A stretch of DNA of 64,000 nucleotides. Source: an uncultured Alphaproteobacteria bacterium (GTDB lineage: Bacteria; Pseudomonadota; Alphaproteobacteria; Rhizobiales; Xanthobacteraceae). The notes below the pieces were generated by a model. It saw only the letters and a list, made by a program, of their open reading frames with translations, was not told the origin of the DNA and did not search any database. Below are positions 11,277 to 22,273 of the stretch, in pieces (positions within the stretch are counted from its first letter, which is position 1; each line of letters starts with the position of its first letter). Position numbers and translations under genes: made by a program. Location of the stretch: contig CAVZFX010000003.1 in assembly GCA_963774715.1 (NCBI GenBank), positions 81,824 through 145,823 on the forward strand. Direction: 5' to 3'.

Positions 11277-11432
11277 ATCATGGTCCAGCCCAGCCGCACG
11301 CGGCTAACGCGCGCGAAAGCACGTGGTTGTTGCAGCGTAACCCTGCGCGGTCAAGATGTGGGCTAAAGGTGGGCGGCCGCCTGTGTCGCGGAGGAAACTA
11401 CCTACGCCGCTGCAAACGAATTGAGGACTTGT

Positions 11433-11855
11433 TCAGCGCTTGTCGCGGCCGGCGATTTGCTCGACGAGATCGACAATGCGACGCCGCAGCTTCGAATCGT
11501 CGATACGCATAAAGGCCTTTGTCAGCGCCAGGCCATCCGAGGTGGCAAGAAAGTCGGATACATAGGCCGGCGACGGCGCCTCACCCATCCCCTCGTGGCG
11601 GCCAATCGTGTGGGCGGTCGGGGCGCCCTCGAAGAAGAACGACACCGGGACCTGGAGGATTTGCGAAATCTGTTGCAGCCGGCTGGCGCCGATCCGATTG
11701 GTGCCTTTCTCGTATTTTTGTACTTGTTGAAAGGTAAGCCCCAGTGCATCGCCGAGTTTCTCCTGGCTCATGCCAAGCATCATTCGGCGCATGCGCACGC
11801 GGCTACCGACATGCTTGTCGGTTGGGTTCGGCGCCTTCTTAGCTAACATAGCCAT
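11433..11855 (-). CDS. XRE-family helix-turn-helix transcriptional regulator
   Basis: HVGSRVRMRRMMLGMSQEKLGDALGLTFQQVQKYEKGTNRIGASRLQQIS is a classic HTH_3 motif. AGGAG RBS 6 nt before ATG 11855. Confidence 0.85.
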   Translation of the reverse strand: MAMLAKKAPNPTDKHVGSRVRMRRMMLGMSQEKLGDALGLTFQQVQKYEKGTNRIGASRLQQISQILQVPVSFFFEGAPTAHTIGRHEGMGEAPSPAYVSDFLATSDGLALTKAFMRIDDSKLRRRIVDLVEQIAGRDKR

Positions 11856-12142
11856 CTCAACTCCTGTGCCCCATGATCCGCCGTGGCGGCAGTGAACAAT
11901 CTGTCCCACTTGAAACCACTTTTCGCAAGTATGGTCACGTACCAATTTTATTGGCTATACCGCATTCTCATTCGGCGGGGTGACCCAACGCATAGCTGTG
12001 ACAAGGGAAGTGCGCGCTTCGGTTGAGCGAACGCGAGGATAAACATCCTAAGGTCGTTGACGCCACCATTTTTGCGCGAATTCTACAACCTATTAGCGAT
12101 CTTTGTTGGCTCTACGCGATTTTGTGCGGTCGCCGCCGCCGA

Positions 12143-13732
12143 TCACAGCGTCGGCTTTGCGCGCAGGCGACGGCGCGCGACGGCGATGAATGCGATCAGG
12201 ACCATAACGAATGCGGGGGCGTCGCCAATGCGGGCGTAAATGGGCGCGCCGATGGCGCGCGGCAACGGTGCGTCAAGCACGCCTTCCGTTCCGAGCGGCA
12301 GTGAGTTGACGATCCGGCCGAGCGGATCAACGACGGCGGATATGCCGGTATTGGCCGCCCGCGCCAACGGCAAGCCGAGTTCGATCGCGCTCACGCGCGC
12401 CTGCTGGAAATGCTGATAGGGGCCGGTGGAAATACCAAACCAGCCATCATTCGTTACGTTGACGATCCAGCCCGGCCGTTGCCCGGGCGGCATGACGTCG
12501 TCGGGAAAAATGACCTCGTAACAGATGAGCGGCAATGCGATCGGAGCGCCTGGAACGGCGATGACCCGGTGGCGATCGCCAGCGAGGAATCCGCCGCGCT
12601 GCCGCGTCAGCTCCTCAAGGCCAAGCCGCTCGAGAATGTGCTCGAGCGGCAGATATTCGCCGAACGGAACGAGGTGCACTTTGTCGTAGACCGCGGCAAT
12701 CGATCCGGTGTGATCGAGAACATAGATCGAGTTGTACACGCCGGATTGCGCCGGGTTATCAGGATCGGCAAGCCGCATGGCGCCGGTGATCAGCACCGAA
12801 TTGGGTCGCAGTAAATTACTGATCTGCGCCAGCGCATCGGCTTCACGGGTTAGAAAGAACGGAAACGGCGATTCCGGCCAGATTAGTTGGGTCGTGTCGC
12901 CTGTCGGTTGCGCGCTCGACGCGCGGCTGGACAGAGCGATGTAGCGATTCATCACCTCTTGTTTGGCCGAGTAGTTGAACCGCACGTCCTGCTGCAGGTT
13001 CGGCTGCATGATGCGCAAGTGCACGCCGTCGACCAGCCGCGTCGGCGTGCGGTCGAGGCGCCAGACGCCGAATCCGCCGAGCGCGGCGAGGACGGCGATG
13101 CTAAGCGCGAACGGCAGCCATGGCCGCCGCGTTTCGGCACGGTCGTCGCCGAGGGTCGCGGGGCTGGCGAAAACAACAATGGCGATGAACGTCAAACCCC
13201 AAATGCCCAACACCGAAGCGGCTTGGGCCAACGCCAGCGGAGCGGTCAGGGCATAGCCGAACGCGTTCCAGGGGAATCCCGTCAACAAGTGGCCGCGCAG
13301 CCATTCCGAAGTGGTGAGTGCTGCGCCCAGCGCCACGATGCGCAGCGGGCCCTTGGTCCACAACAGGCGCGCCAATGCGACGCCGAGCGCGGTGTAAACG
13401 GCGAGCACTGCCGGCAGGCCGATGACCGCGATCGGCAACAGCCAACCGAAGTCCGGCGCATCGACCAGAAAGGCGTAGCCGATCCAATAAAGGCCGGCGA
13501 GAAAATAGCCGAAGCCAAACCACCAGCCGATCGCCGCCGCGGCGGCCACGCCCCCCCAACGCCCCACCCCGGCGCTATCGATCAGCCAGGCCAGTGTCGG
13601 GAACGTCAGAAACAGGACCGGCCAGGCGTCGAACGGCGCCATTGCCAGTGCCGAAAGCGCGCCGGCCGCGAACGCGATGAATCGGCGCCGCCAGCCCCAG
13701 GACAACACGATAACATGGACCAGCCGCGTCAC
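12143..13732 (-). CDS. lnt: Apolipoprotein N-acyltransferase
   Basis: 529 aa with N-terminal multi-TM segments and a C-terminal nitrilase-like domain (ICYEVIFPD). Conserved ybeZYX-lnt order. Confidence 0.93.
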   Translation of the reverse strand: MTRLVHVIVLSWGWRRRFIAFAAGALSALAMAPFDAWPVLFLTFPTLAWLIDSAGVGRWGGVAAAAAIGWWFGFGYFLAGLYWIGYAFLVDAPDFGWLLPIAVIGLPAVLAVYTALGVALARLLWTKGPLRIVALGAALTTSEWLRGHLLTGFPWNAFGYALTAPLALAQAASVLGIWGLTFIAIVVFASPATLGDDRAETRRPWLPFALSIAVLAALGGFGVWRLDRTPTRLVDGVHLRIMQPNLQQDVRFNYSAKQEVMNRYIALSSRASSAQPTGDTTQLIWPESPFPFFLTREADALAQISNLLRPNSVLITGAMRLADPDNPAQSGVYNSIYVLDHTGSIAAVYDKVHLVPFGEYLPLEHILERLGLEELTRQRGGFLAGDRHRVIAVPGAPIALPLICYEVIFPDDVMPPGQRPGWIVNVTNDGWFGISTGPYQHFQQARVSAIELGLPLARAANTGISAVVDPLGRIVNSLPLGTEGVLDAPLPRAIGAPIYARIGDAPAFVMVLIAFIAVARRRLRAKPTL

Positions 13733-14847
13733 GATGCCCGTGGCGTGTTCGGATTCGGTCGGCTTGCCTCCTCGCGCGGCGCGGCCGCCCGGACCGGCGG
13801 CGTTTTCGCCGGTGCGGCCAATTCGCGCGCCGGGGCGGGCCGCCGATCCTTGCGCAGGTAAATCCGCACGCGCTTGACCCGACGTGGATCGGCATCGAGC
13901 ACTTCGGCTTCGAACGGCTCCGGTCCCGGCACGAGTTCGCCGCGCACCGGCACATGGCCGGCCTTGGTGACCAAATATCCGCCGAGCGTGTCGACTTCTT
14001 GCGCGACCTCGCCGACGTCGAACTGTTCGCCGACCGCGGCGCGGACATCGTCGAGACTGGCGCGGCCTGCGGCCAGGAACGAGCCGTCGCTCTGGCGGGT
14101 CACCGCGGGACCCTCCTGTTCGTCGTGCTCGTCGGCGATATCGCCGACAATGAGCTCGACCAAATCTTCCATCGATACCAGTCCGTCACTGCCGCCATAC
14201 TCGTCGATCACCAGCGCGAGATGAATGCGGGTCGCCTGCATCTTCGCCAACAGATCGAGCGCCGGCATTGACGGCGGCGCGTACAGGATTTCGCGGACAA
14301 TCTTCACCGACGCTAACGTGAGCGAAAGATCGATATTTCCAAAATTAAGATCGCCGGCGCTTGGCTGGCCGGACTCTGCGGGTTGCCCGGCCAGGCCAGG
14401 CTGCTGCGCCGCGCGCGACGCCATGAACGCGATCAGATCGCGGATATGAACCATGCCGGTGGGATCGTCCAGCGTGTCGTTATAGACCACGAGCCGGGAG
14501 TGACCGGCCACCTCGAAAACCTTGACCAGATCGCCGAGCGCGATGTCCTGCTGCACGGCGACGATATCGGCGCGCGGCACCATGATGCGCTCGATCCGGG
14601 TCTCGCGCAGGCCGAGAATATTTTTCAGCATCGCCGCCTCTTCGGGCGAAAAGCCCGATTGCGGCTGCTGCTCCGCAGTCAGCACAAGCTCCAGATCGGC
14701 GCGCGTCGACGCCGCTTTCCACCCGAACAGGATGCGCATCACGCGCGTCAGCCAGCCTTCGGGCTGTTCGCTCGGTTCCGACATCACCATTGGCAGGCCG
14801 CGACGTTCGTTCTCGGCCGGTTCGCTGGGTTGAGAGGATTGAGTCAT
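13729..14847 (-). CDS. corC: HlyC/CorC-family CBS-domain protein (YbeX-like)
   Basis: CBS pair plus a CorC_HlyC C-terminal domain (RIERIMVPRADI...; GGYLVTKAGHVP). Overlaps the lnt start by 4 nt. Confidence 0.9.
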   Translation of the reverse strand: MTQSSQPSEPAENERRGLPMVMSEPSEQPEGWLTRVMRILFGWKAASTRADLELVLTAEQQPQSGFSPEEAAMLKNILGLRETRIERIMVPRADIVAVQQDIALGDLVKVFEVAGHSRLVVYNDTLDDPTGMVHIRDLIAFMASRAAQQPGLAGQPAESGQPSAGDLNFGNIDLSLTLASVKIVREILYAPPSMPALDLLAKMQATRIHLALVIDEYGGSDGLVSMEDLVELIVGDIADEHDEQEGPAVTRQSDGSFLAAGRASLDDVRAAVGEQFDVGEVAQEVDTLGGYLVTKAGHVPVRGELVPGPEPFEAEVLDADPRRVKRVRIYLRKDRRPAPARELAAPAKTPPVRAAAPREEASRPNPNTPRAS

Positions 14848-14908
14848 TGCGGATTTTGGCGGGTTACGGCGTCAGTGCCGATGCTGGGAGTGGAAGCGGC
14901 GATGCGGA

Positions 14909-15451
14909 CTATGCGGATTTTTGCGGACGTTTTGCGCCGGGCTTGTTAGCCCGCTTAACTGCGGCACGACGCGACGTGCGAACCGGCCGATAGGGATCCG
15001 GGATCGCCAATTGCCGGAGAATCCTGCGCTCGGTGCGTTCCATCTCAAGCGCCTCCTTGGGCCGTTCGTGATCGTAGCCGACCAAGTGCAGAAAACCGTG
15101 CACTGCAAGGTGGGCAAGATGATGGGCGAGCGGCTTTCGTTCGGAACGGGCCTCACGCGCAATGGTCTCAAAGGCAAGCACGATGTCGCCGAGATGTCCT
15201 GCCGCGGCATTCTTCGTCGGAAAGGCCAATACGTTCGTGGCCTTATCGACATCCCGCCAATCCCGGTTGAGGGCGCGAATGGTCGAATCATCGGTCAGGA
15301 CGATAGCAAGCTCGGCGTCCCTTGTTGACAGCATGGCGGCCGCCCGTGTGACGGCGCGCCGCACCGCCGTTTGCAGCTTCCCGGCATCTTTCCACAGCTC
15401 GCTGCCGACCATCACGTCGATGGTGAGCGCGGGGCGCGCCGCGCGCGTCAT
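14909..15451 (-). CDS. ybeY: rRNA maturation endoribonuclease YbeY
   Basis: HLAVHGFLHLVGYDH metal-binding motif. Confidence 0.92.
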   Translation of the reverse strand: MTRAARPALTIDVMVGSELWKDAGKLQTAVRRAVTRAAAMLSTRDAELAIVLTDDSTIRALNRDWRDVDKATNVLAFPTKNAAAGHLGDIVLAFETIAREARSERKPLAHHLAHLAVHGFLHLVGYDHERPKEALEMERTERRILRQLAIPDPYRPVRTSRRAAVKRANKPGAKRPQKSA

Positions 15452-16476
15452 TCGCGGCGCTCGCGCTTCTTCGCCGATTCGCGGTCGTAGGCTTCGACGA
15501 TGCGCGCAACGAGCTCGTGGCGGATAACGTCGGCGGCGGAAAAGCTGACATGGCCGATGCCCTCGACGCCATGAAGGAGCCGTACCGCGTCGGCGAGTCC
15601 CGAGGTCTGACCGGACGGCAGGTCGACTTGGCTCGGATCGCCGGTCACCACCATCCGGCTGTTCTCGCCGAGCCGGGTGAGCAGCATCTTCATCTGCATC
15701 GCGGTGGTGTTCTGGGCCTCGTCGAGAATGACCGCCGCATTCGAGAGCGTGCGGCCGCGCATGAAGGCAAGCGGCGCGATTTCGATTTCGGTGGTCTGCA
15801 AAGCGCGCTCGACGATGCGCGCGTCCATCAAATCATACAGCGCGTCGTAGATCGGCCGCAGATAGGGATCGACCTTTTCGCGCATGTCGCCCGGCAGAAA
15901 GCCGAGCCGCTCGCCGGCCTCCACCGCCGGCCGCGACAGCACGATGCGATCCACCTCTTTGCGCTCGAACAGCTGCACGGCGTGCGCGACCGCAAGCCAG
16001 GTTTTGCCGGTGCCGGCGGGGCCGGTCGCAAACACCAAAGCGTGGCGCTTGAGCGCGCGAATATAGGCGTCCTGTGCGCCGGTCCGGGCGCGCACCCGGC
16101 GCTTGCGCAGGTTTATCTCTTCGAAATTTTCCCGCGTGGCGGCAGGATCGAAATCGAACAGCGAGCCTTGCGATAGGACGAGCCGGATGGTGCCGTCGAC
16201 GTCGCCTTGCACGACCTCGTCGCCGCGCTTAAGCCTGTCATAAAGGCTCTCCAGCACGCGTCGCGCCTGATCGCAGGCATCGCGACCGCCCTCGATGGTG
16301 ACGGTGTTGCCGCGCGAATTGGCGACGACGCCGAGGCGGCGCTCGATCAAAGCGAGATTTTGCCCGTATTGGCCGAACAGCATCGAGGCGAGGCGATTGT
16401 CGTCGAAGGTCAGAGAGATTTGGGTCGCGCTGTCCGGCGCGACGAAAACCGATTGATCCGTATCGCGTGCTGTCAA
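15448..16476 (-). CDS. ybeZ: PhoH-like ATPase (YbeZ)
   Basis: Walker A GPAGTGKTWLAV, and DEAQNTT. Confidence 0.93.
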   Translation of the reverse strand: MTARDTDQSVFVAPDSATQISLTFDDNRLASMLFGQYGQNLALIERRLGVVANSRGNTVTIEGGRDACDQARRVLESLYDRLKRGDEVVQGDVDGTIRLVLSQGSLFDFDPAATRENFEEINLRKRRVRARTGAQDAYIRALKRHALVFATGPAGTGKTWLAVAHAVQLFERKEVDRIVLSRPAVEAGERLGFLPGDMREKVDPYLRPIYDALYDLMDARIVERALQTTEIEIAPLAFMRGRTLSNAAVILDEAQNTTAMQMKMLLTRLGENSRMVVTGDPSQVDLPSGQTSGLADAVRLLHGVEGIGHVSFSAADVIRHELVARIVEAYDRESAKKRERRE

Positions 16477-16490
16477 GGAAAGACTCCTGC

Positions 16491-17888
16491 TCAGGCTCCT
16501 GCGGAAAGCAAAGCGGGCTTCGGCGCGTGCGCTCCCGTCTCCGGCGCAAGCGCTCCGAACAGGCTGTTGCTGGCGATTTCGGTGATCGTCACCGTAGCGA
16601 TCCCGCCGATCAATGCGGCGGGCGCGGTAACTTGCACGGGCTGGAGATAGGGCGAGCGCCCCACCAGTTGGCCGGGGTAACGGCCGGGTCGTTCGAACAA
16701 GACCTCGAAGCTCTGGCCGAGACAGCTGCGATTGAATGCGGCTTGGTTACGGTCGATCGCCTGTTGCAGGCGCTGCAAGCGCTCCGACTTGGTCGCTTCA
16801 TCGATCTGGCCGTCCATGTCGGCGCCCGGCGTTCCCGGCCGCGGCGAATATTTGAACGAGAACGCGCCGGAATAACCGACATCGGCAACGAGGCTGAGCG
16901 TAGCGGTGAAATCGCTTTCGGTTTCGCCAGGAAAGCCGACGATGAAATCGGAGGTCAGCGCGAGGTCGGGCCGCGCATTGCGCAGGCGCTTGACGATATC
17001 GAGATAGTCCGCGCGGGTGTGACGGCGGTTCATCGCCGCCAAGATGCGGTCGGACCCCGACTGGACCGGCAGATGCAGCTGCGGCATGAGCTCATGCAAA
17101 TCGCGATGCGCCGCTATTAGATCGTCACCCATGTCACGCGGATGACTCGTGGTGTAGCGAAGCCGGTCGATGCCCTCGACCTGTGCCGCCCGGCGGAGCA
17201 GCCGCGCCAGCGACCAAGGCCGCCCGTCCGGTCCTTCGCCGTGATAGGCGTTGACGTTTTGGCCGATCAGCGTCACCTCGCGCACGCCGGCCGCCGCCAA
17301 TTGCTCGATCTCGGCGACGATTTTTTGTGCCGGGCGTGAGATTTCGGCGCCGCGCGTGTACGGCACGACGCAGAAGGTGCAGAACTTGTCGCAGCCCTCC
17401 TGCACCGTAACGAAGGCGCTGACGCCGCGCGCCCGCGTCGCCGCCAGGCTCGGCGCGGGGAGGTGCTCGAATTTGTCGTCGAGGGGAAACTCGGTATCGA
17501 CGGCCTTACCCTCGCGCGCGGCGCGCGCCAAGAGTTCAGGCAAGCGATGATAACTCTGCGGGCCGAAGACCAGATCGACGGCCGGCTGCCGGCGGATGAT
17601 CTCGGCGCCTTCGGCTTGGGCCACGCAGCCGGCGACGGCAACGACGAGATCGCGGCCCTCGGCAGCCGCGGCTTCCTTGATGCGGCGGACGCGGCCGAGC
17701 TCCGAATAGACCTTCTCGGCGGCCTTCTCGCGGATGTGGCAGGTATTGAGAATGACGAGATCGGCGTCGTCGGCAGAGGCGGTCTCGACGTAGCCCTGCG
17801 GTGCCAAGGTGTCCGCCATACGACGCGAATCGTAGACGTTCATCTGACAACCGAAGGATTTGACGTAGAGCTTGCGGGGTCCGTTCAT
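16491..17888 (-). CDS. miaB: tRNA-i6A37 methylthiotransferase MiaB
   Basis: Radical-SAM [12 protein letters not shown]-terminal FGCQMN, and a TRAM C-terminus. Confidence 0.95.
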   Translation of the reverse strand: MNGPRKLYVKSFGCQMNVYDSRRMADTLAPQGYVETASADDADLVILNTCHIREKAAEKVYSELGRVRRIKEAAAAEGRDLVVAVAGCVAQAEGAEIIRRQPAVDLVFGPQSYHRLPELLARAAREGKAVDTEFPLDDKFEHLPAPSLAATRARGVSAFVTVQEGCDKFCTFCVVPYTRGAEISRPAQKIVAEIEQLAAAGVREVTLIGQNVNAYHGEGPDGRPWSLARLLRRAAQVEGIDRLRYTTSHPRDMGDDLIAAHRDLHELMPQLHLPVQSGSDRILAAMNRRHTRADYLDIVKRLRNARPDLALTSDFIVGFPGETESDFTATLSLVADVGYSGAFSFKYSPRPGTPGADMDGQIDEATKSERLQRLQQAIDRNQAAFNRSCLGQSFEVLFERPGRYPGQLVGRSPYLQPVQVTAPAALIGGIATVTITEIASNSLFGALAPETGAHAPKPALLSAGA

Positions 17889-18009
17889 GCCGGGTGTAGC
17901 CGAGCCTTAAGCCTTTGTACTAGCTCGCAAACTCCGCTTGCTTCGCCCGAGGCGAGGCTGTCGCCTAACGCTGATAGTCTTACCGGGACTCCGGGCAAAA
18001 GGGAAATGC

Positions 18010-19017
18010 TCAGTCCATCGGCTGGATATTGGCGTCTTTGATGACTTTCGCCCATTTGGCGACCTCGGACTTCATATAGGCATTGAGCTGTTCGGGCGTA
18101 GTGCCGCCGGCGCCGCTGTTGGTCATGCCAAGATCGGCATAACGTTTTTTGGTATCCGGGCTGGCCAGAGCCTGCAGCGCCGCGCTGTTGAGCTTGGCAA
18201 TGACGTCGTGCGGCGTTCCGGCCGGTGCAATGAGGCCGAACCAGGTCTCCGCGGCATATCCCGGCAGCGTTTCCGCGACCGTGGGGACGTCCGGCGCCAG
18301 CGGCGAGCGCTGTGGGCTCGTAACCGCGATCGCGCGCACCGTGCCGGCCTTGAGCTGGCCCATGATCGCGGAAAGGTTGGCGAACATCGCCGGGATTTGT
18401 CCGGCGACGAGATCGTTGATCGCGCCGGCTTCGCCACGATAGGGCACATGAGTCATCTTGATGCCGGCCGCGTATTGAAACATCTCCGACGCGATATGCG
18501 GCGTCGTGCCAGCGCCGCCGGTGCCGAAAATGATCTTGCCCGGTTGCCCCTTGGCCATGGCGATCACTTCGGACGTGGTGTGCGCCGGGAATGACGGGTT
18601 GACGACCAGCACCAGCGGAGAGGCTCCGCAATAGACCACGGGCGCAAAATCTTTGATCGGATCGATCGTCGCCTTGCGATAAAGACGCGGCGCAACCGCG
18701 AGCACGGTCTGGCTCGCCATCATCAGCGTGTAGCCGTCGGCCGGCGATTTCACGACGTCCTCGGCGGCAAGGAGCCCGCTGGCGCCGGGACGGTTCTCCA
18801 CCAGAACGGATTGGCCGAGAACTTCCGACATTTTTTGCGCCACGATCCTGGCGGCAACGTCGGTGCTGCCGCCGGCGGCGAATCCGACGATCATCTTGAT
18901 CGGTCGGTCGGGAAAGCCGGCGGTTTGCGCGAATGCTGTGCCGGCGATAGCGCCGAGCGCCAGGACAATGGTCAATGCGCGCATCGGCATGCCGCGCCAA
19001 TATCGCGTGGCCGTCAT
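18010..19017 (-). CDS. Bug/TctC-family tripartite tricarboxylate transporter substrate-binding protein
   Basis: 335 aa with a signal peptide. Typical Bug motifs FPDRPIKMIVGFAAGGSTD and VPYRGEAGAINDLVAGQI. Confidence 0.9.
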   Translation of the reverse strand: MTATRYWRGMPMRALTIVLALGAIAGTAFAQTAGFPDRPIKMIVGFAAGGSTDVAARIVAQKMSEVLGQSVLVENRPGASGLLAAEDVVKSPADGYTLMMASQTVLAVAPRLYRKATIDPIKDFAPVVYCGASPLVLVVNPSFPAHTTSEVIAMAKGQPGKIIFGTGGAGTTPHIASEMFQYAAGIKMTHVPYRGEAGAINDLVAGQIPAMFANLSAIMGQLKAGTVRAIAVTSPQRSPLAPDVPTVAETLPGYAAETWFGLIAPAGTPHDVIAKLNSAALQALASPDTKKRYADLGMTNSGAGGTTPEQLNAYMKSEVAKWAKVIKDANIQPMD

Positions 19018-19086
19018 GGTGGTCTCCTCCCGTACGGCCCGATTTTTTCGGGTCCAGCGTCATTGTAGCGGTATTGCGGGAGCGCG

Positions 19087-19560
19087 TCAGCCAAGGTCGC
19101 GGCGCAGCACCAAGGCCGTTGCGCCGCCTTCGTAATAGCCCTGGCGCCGGCCGACCTCGCGGAAACCGGCGCGCCGATAAAGCCTGCCGGCCGGGGCATT
19201 CTGTTCGTCGACTTCCAGGAACACTGAGCGCACGCCGAGTCCGGCCAAGCGCCGCAGATGCAGATCGAGCAGCGGCCGCGCCAGCGCGCGCCCGCGCCAG
19301 GCCGGGGCGATGGCGACCGAAAGGATCTCGGCTTCGCTCAGGGCGAGGCGCGACAGGATAAAACCGATCAGCTTGCCGCCGCTCGTCGCGCGATGGCCGA
19401 CGACGTTGCTTTCGACCAGGAGCCGATAGATTTCATCCTCGCCCCAGCCGCGTTGGAACGACACGCCGTGTACGGCGGCAATGGCGGCCGCGTCGGCGGG
19501 CCTTGCCTCGGAGAAGGCGGGCTTACCGCGAGCAAGCAGGCGCGAAACGAAGTTCATCAT
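19087..19560 (-). CDS. rimI: Ribosomal-protein-alanine N-acetyltransferase
   Basis: GNAT motif RGRALARPLL. Translationally coupled to tsaB. Confidence 0.85.
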   Translation of the reverse strand: MMNFVSRLLARGKPAFSEARPADAAAIAAVHGVSFQRGWGEDEIYRLLVESNVVGHRATSGGKLIGFILSRLALSEAEILSVAIAPAWRGRALARPLLDLHLRRLAGLGVRSVFLEVDEQNAPAGRLYRRAGFREVGRRQGYYEGGATALVLRRDLG

Positions 19561-20252
19561 CGGCGTGGCAGCGAGGCGGCGTTTTGCGGCTGCGCATCGG
19601 GGGCGCGCAGATATTGGGGTTTCGGCGGCGCGCTCGGCTCCGGCATGACGGCGCCGATCTGCGCGATCCAGCCGATATCGGGGGCATCGCGACCGTCGAT
19701 GCTGATAGGGGCGGGGCCTCTATCTGCCAATCCGTCGGCGACGGCCTGAGCGGCCGAGCCGACGATGCGGACCGGGGCGTCGGATGCGGCGCGCACCGCT
19801 TCGCTTAGCGCCGCCAGTCGCGGTGCGATCAATGTCCGTCCGCTTGGGGCAAAGACCTCGAGGTAAACATGGGCATGCCGCGCGTCGATGGCGGCGACCA
19901 CGGGATATTTGCCGTCGACGCCGAGATAGGGTGCGGCATAGGCGGACAGCGTTAAGACGCCGACGACCGGAATTTGGGTCGCAAGCCCAAAGCCGCGCGC
20001 CGCGGCGATGCCGACGCGCAAGCCGGTGAAGCTGCCCGGTCCCGTGGTGACCACGATGCGGTCGAGATCGGCAAACGTGAGTCCGGACGCTTTCATCACC
20101 CGGGCAACCAGCGGCACCAGCGCCTCGGCGTGGCCGCGAATCATCGGCAGGCTTTCGCTCGCAATGATGCCGCCGTTCGTTGTGCCATGGGCCGTGTCGA
20201 GCACAGCGGCGGAGCAGGCCGCCAGCGCCGTATCGATGGCGAGCAAGCGCAT
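19557..20252 (-). CDS. tsaB: tRNA t6A biosynthesis protein TsaB
   Basis: MRLLAIDTALAACSAAV...GPGSFTGLRVGIAAARG. Confidence 0.87.
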   Translation of the reverse strand: MRLLAIDTALAACSAAVLDTAHGTTNGGIIASESLPMIRGHAEALVPLVARVMKASGLTFADLDRIVVTTGPGSFTGLRVGIAAARGFGLATQIPVVGVLTLSAYAAPYLGVDGKYPVVAAIDARHAHVYLEVFAPSGRTLIAPRLAALSEAVRAASDAPVRIVGSAAQAVADGLADRGPAPISIDGRDAPDIGWIAQIGAVMPEPSAPPKPQYLRAPDAQPQNAASLPRR

Positions 20253-20302
20253 GGCAAGTCACATCATGCCGATGCCCGGCGCGAGACGCCGGGGCCGGTC
20301 GA

Positions 20303-20860
20303 TTACATGGGACGGACTTCGGTGACGTCGGGGATGAAATGACGCAACAAATTCTGGATGCCGTGGCGCAAGGTGGCCGTCGATGACGGGCAACCCGAGC
20401 AGGCGCCCTTCATGTTGAGAAAGACGACGCCATCCTTGAAGCCGCGGAAGGTGATGTCGCCGCCGTCATTGGCGACCGCGGGGCGCACCCGCGTCTCGAT
20501 CAGCTCTTTGATCGTGGCCACGGTCTCGGCGTCGGCGGCGTCGAAGAACTCGTCGCCGTCGCTCGTCTCGGCGCTTCCCGCATTCAAGAGCGGCGCGCCG
20601 GACATGTAATGCTCCATGATGGCGCCGAGGATCATCGGCTTGAGCTGCTGCCATTCGCCGGCGCTCTTGGTCACGGTGATGAAATCGGAGCCGAAAAACA
20701 CCCCGCTGACACCGGGGACGCCGAACAGCCGCTCGGCGAGCGGCGACTGGGCCGCTTGTTCGGCATCGCGCAGATCGAGCGTGCCGTTTTCCAGCACCGG
20801 CTGGCCGGGCAGGAATTTCAGGGTTGCCGGGTTCGGCGTGGCTTCGGTCTGGATGAACAT
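20303..20860 (-). CDS. NifU/Nfu-family Fe-S cluster scaffold protein
   Basis: MFIQTEATPNPATLKFLPG N-domain and a CSGCPSS C-terminal motif. Confidence 0.9.
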   Translation of the reverse strand: MFIQTEATPNPATLKFLPGQPVLENGTLDLRDAEQAAQSPLAERLFGVPGVSGVFFGSDFITVTKSAGEWQQLKPMILGAIMEHYMSGAPLLNAGSAETSDGDEFFDAADAETVATIKELIETRVRPAVANDGGDITFRGFKDGVVFLNMKGACSGCPSSTATLRHGIQNLLRHFIPDVTEVRPM

Positions 20861-20971
20861 GTCTCGTCCTCCGTCACCTGCAGCCTACCAGATCGGCGGC
20901 GCCGTGACTCATCTCAATGCATCCTAATACGTGGCGAATTCGCTTGGAAGTTCAAGGGATGAATTGACCTG

Positions 20972-21083
20972 TTTCCCGGACGCGGTGCAGCGCGAAGCGG
21001 TGCACCGCGGATCCGGGATCGTTCCAAACCCAGTTCCCTTAGCGATCCCGGGTCTGCAGCGCATCACTGCGTGCTGCGCTGCG
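20972..21083. repeat. Compound REP-like nested palindromes (TTTCCCGG...CCGGGAAA outer arms)
   Basis: Nested inverted repeats read directly. The spurious ORF 20924-21142 runs through it. Confidence 0.6.
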
Positions 21084-21104
21084 CCCGGGAAACGTTTCAA
21101 CAAT

Positions 21105-22139
21105 CTAGGACCGCACGAAGCCGACCACGTCCTTGACGGCATTCATGGTCTGGCGGGCGATTTGCTGGGCCCGCGCCGCGCCGTCCGAAAGGATGGCGTC
21201 GATGGTGACCGGGTCATGGAGCAGCCGCTTCATCTCCGCGCCGATCGGGCCGAGCTTGGCGACCGCAAGGTCGGTCAACGCCGTTTTGAACGTCGAGAAT
21301 TGCGCATTGCCGAATTGCGCCAGCACCCCGGCTCGGTTGGTGTCGGCGAGCGCGGCGTAGATGCCGACCAGATTGTCGGCTTCGGGACGGGCGGCGAGGC
21401 CTTTTTCGTCGCTGGGCAGCGGCTCCGGGTCGGTCTTGGCCCTGCGGATCTTCTGCGCGATGGCGTCGGCATCATCGGTGAGATTGATGCGCGAATAGTC
21501 CGAGGCGTCCGACTTCGACATTTTCTTCGAGCCGTCGCGCAGCGACATCACCCGCGTCGCTTCGCCGGTGATTACCGGCTCGGGCAGCGGGAACAAAGCG
21601 TCGCCGTAGCCTTTTTGCTGGATCGATTGCGCGAAGTCGTTGTTGAATTTCTGTGCCACGTCCCGCGACAGTTCGAGGTGCTGTTTCTGGTCCTCGCCGA
21701 CCGGCACATGGGTGGCGCGATAGACCAGAATATCGGCCGCCATCAGCGTCGGATAAGCATAGAGGCCGACCGACGCATTCTCGCGGTCCTTGCCGGCCTT
21801 CTCCTTGAACTGCGTCATGCGGTTGAGCCAGCCGAGCCGGGCCACGCAATTGAGAACCCAGGCAAGCTCGGCGTGCTCGGCCACCTGGCTCTGATTGAAC
21901 ACGATGTGTTTTTTCGGATCAATGCCGCAGGCGATGAAGGCCGCGGCGACCTCGCGAATGGCATGCGGCAGCTCGGTCGGCTCCTGCCATACCGTGATGG
22001 CGTGCAAATCGACCACGCAATAGATGCAGTTGTAGCGGTCCTGCAGCTCGACGAAGCGCTTGATGGCGCCGAGATAATTGCCGAGATGCAGATTGCCGCT
22101 CGGCTGCACGCCGGAAAACACCAGTTCCTTGAAGGCCAT
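21105..22139 (-). CDS. trpS: Tryptophan--tRNA ligase
   Basis: [15 protein letters not shown] (HIGH-type) and KMSKS motifs. GGAGA RBS before ATG 22139. Confidence 0.95.
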   Translation of the reverse strand: MAFKELVFSGVQPSGNLHLGNYLGAIKRFVELQDRYNCIYCVVDLHAITVWQEPTELPHAIREVAAAFIACGIDPKKHIVFNQSQVAEHAELAWVLNCVARLGWLNRMTQFKEKAGKDRENASVGLYAYPTLMAADILVYRATHVPVGEDQKQHLELSRDVAQKFNNDFAQSIQQKGYGDALFPLPEPVITGEATRVMSLRDGSKKMSKSDASDYSRINLTDDADAIAQKIRRAKTDPEPLPSDEKGLAARPEADNLVGIYAALADTNRAGVLAQFGNAQFSTFKTALTDLAVAKLGPIGAEMKRLLHDPVTIDAILSDGAARAQQIARQTMNAVKDVVGFVRS

Positions 22140-22273
22140 GTCCGGTCTCCGTAACACTACCGACCCCATGCCGTGTCGTCTGCCATGGCGTTGGCTTGCC
22201 GTGCAAGGGGCGGCCGCTATAGTGCGCGACCCGCCGCACCGGCCATATCGCCGAACCCAAATAGCTGAACCCA

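Noticed and set aside
11143-11432. Possible SAM riboswitch (SAM-II or SAM-SAH type) in front of metK.
   Set aside because: I could not recognise the pseudoknot consensus by eye, and the region is dominated by REP-type palindromes. It needs an Infernal scan and is not reported as a feature.
17885-19063. 392-aa minus-strand ORF overlapping the Bug-family gene in another frame.
   Set aside because: The product is an Arg/Gly/Asp-rich string without motifs. The overlapping 335-aa frame has clear Bug/TctC motifs and a signal peptide.
20924-21142. 72-aa ORF between the NifU-like gene and trpS.
   Set aside because: It runs straight through nested REP-type palindromes. Such repeat-derived ORFs are a known annotation artefact.
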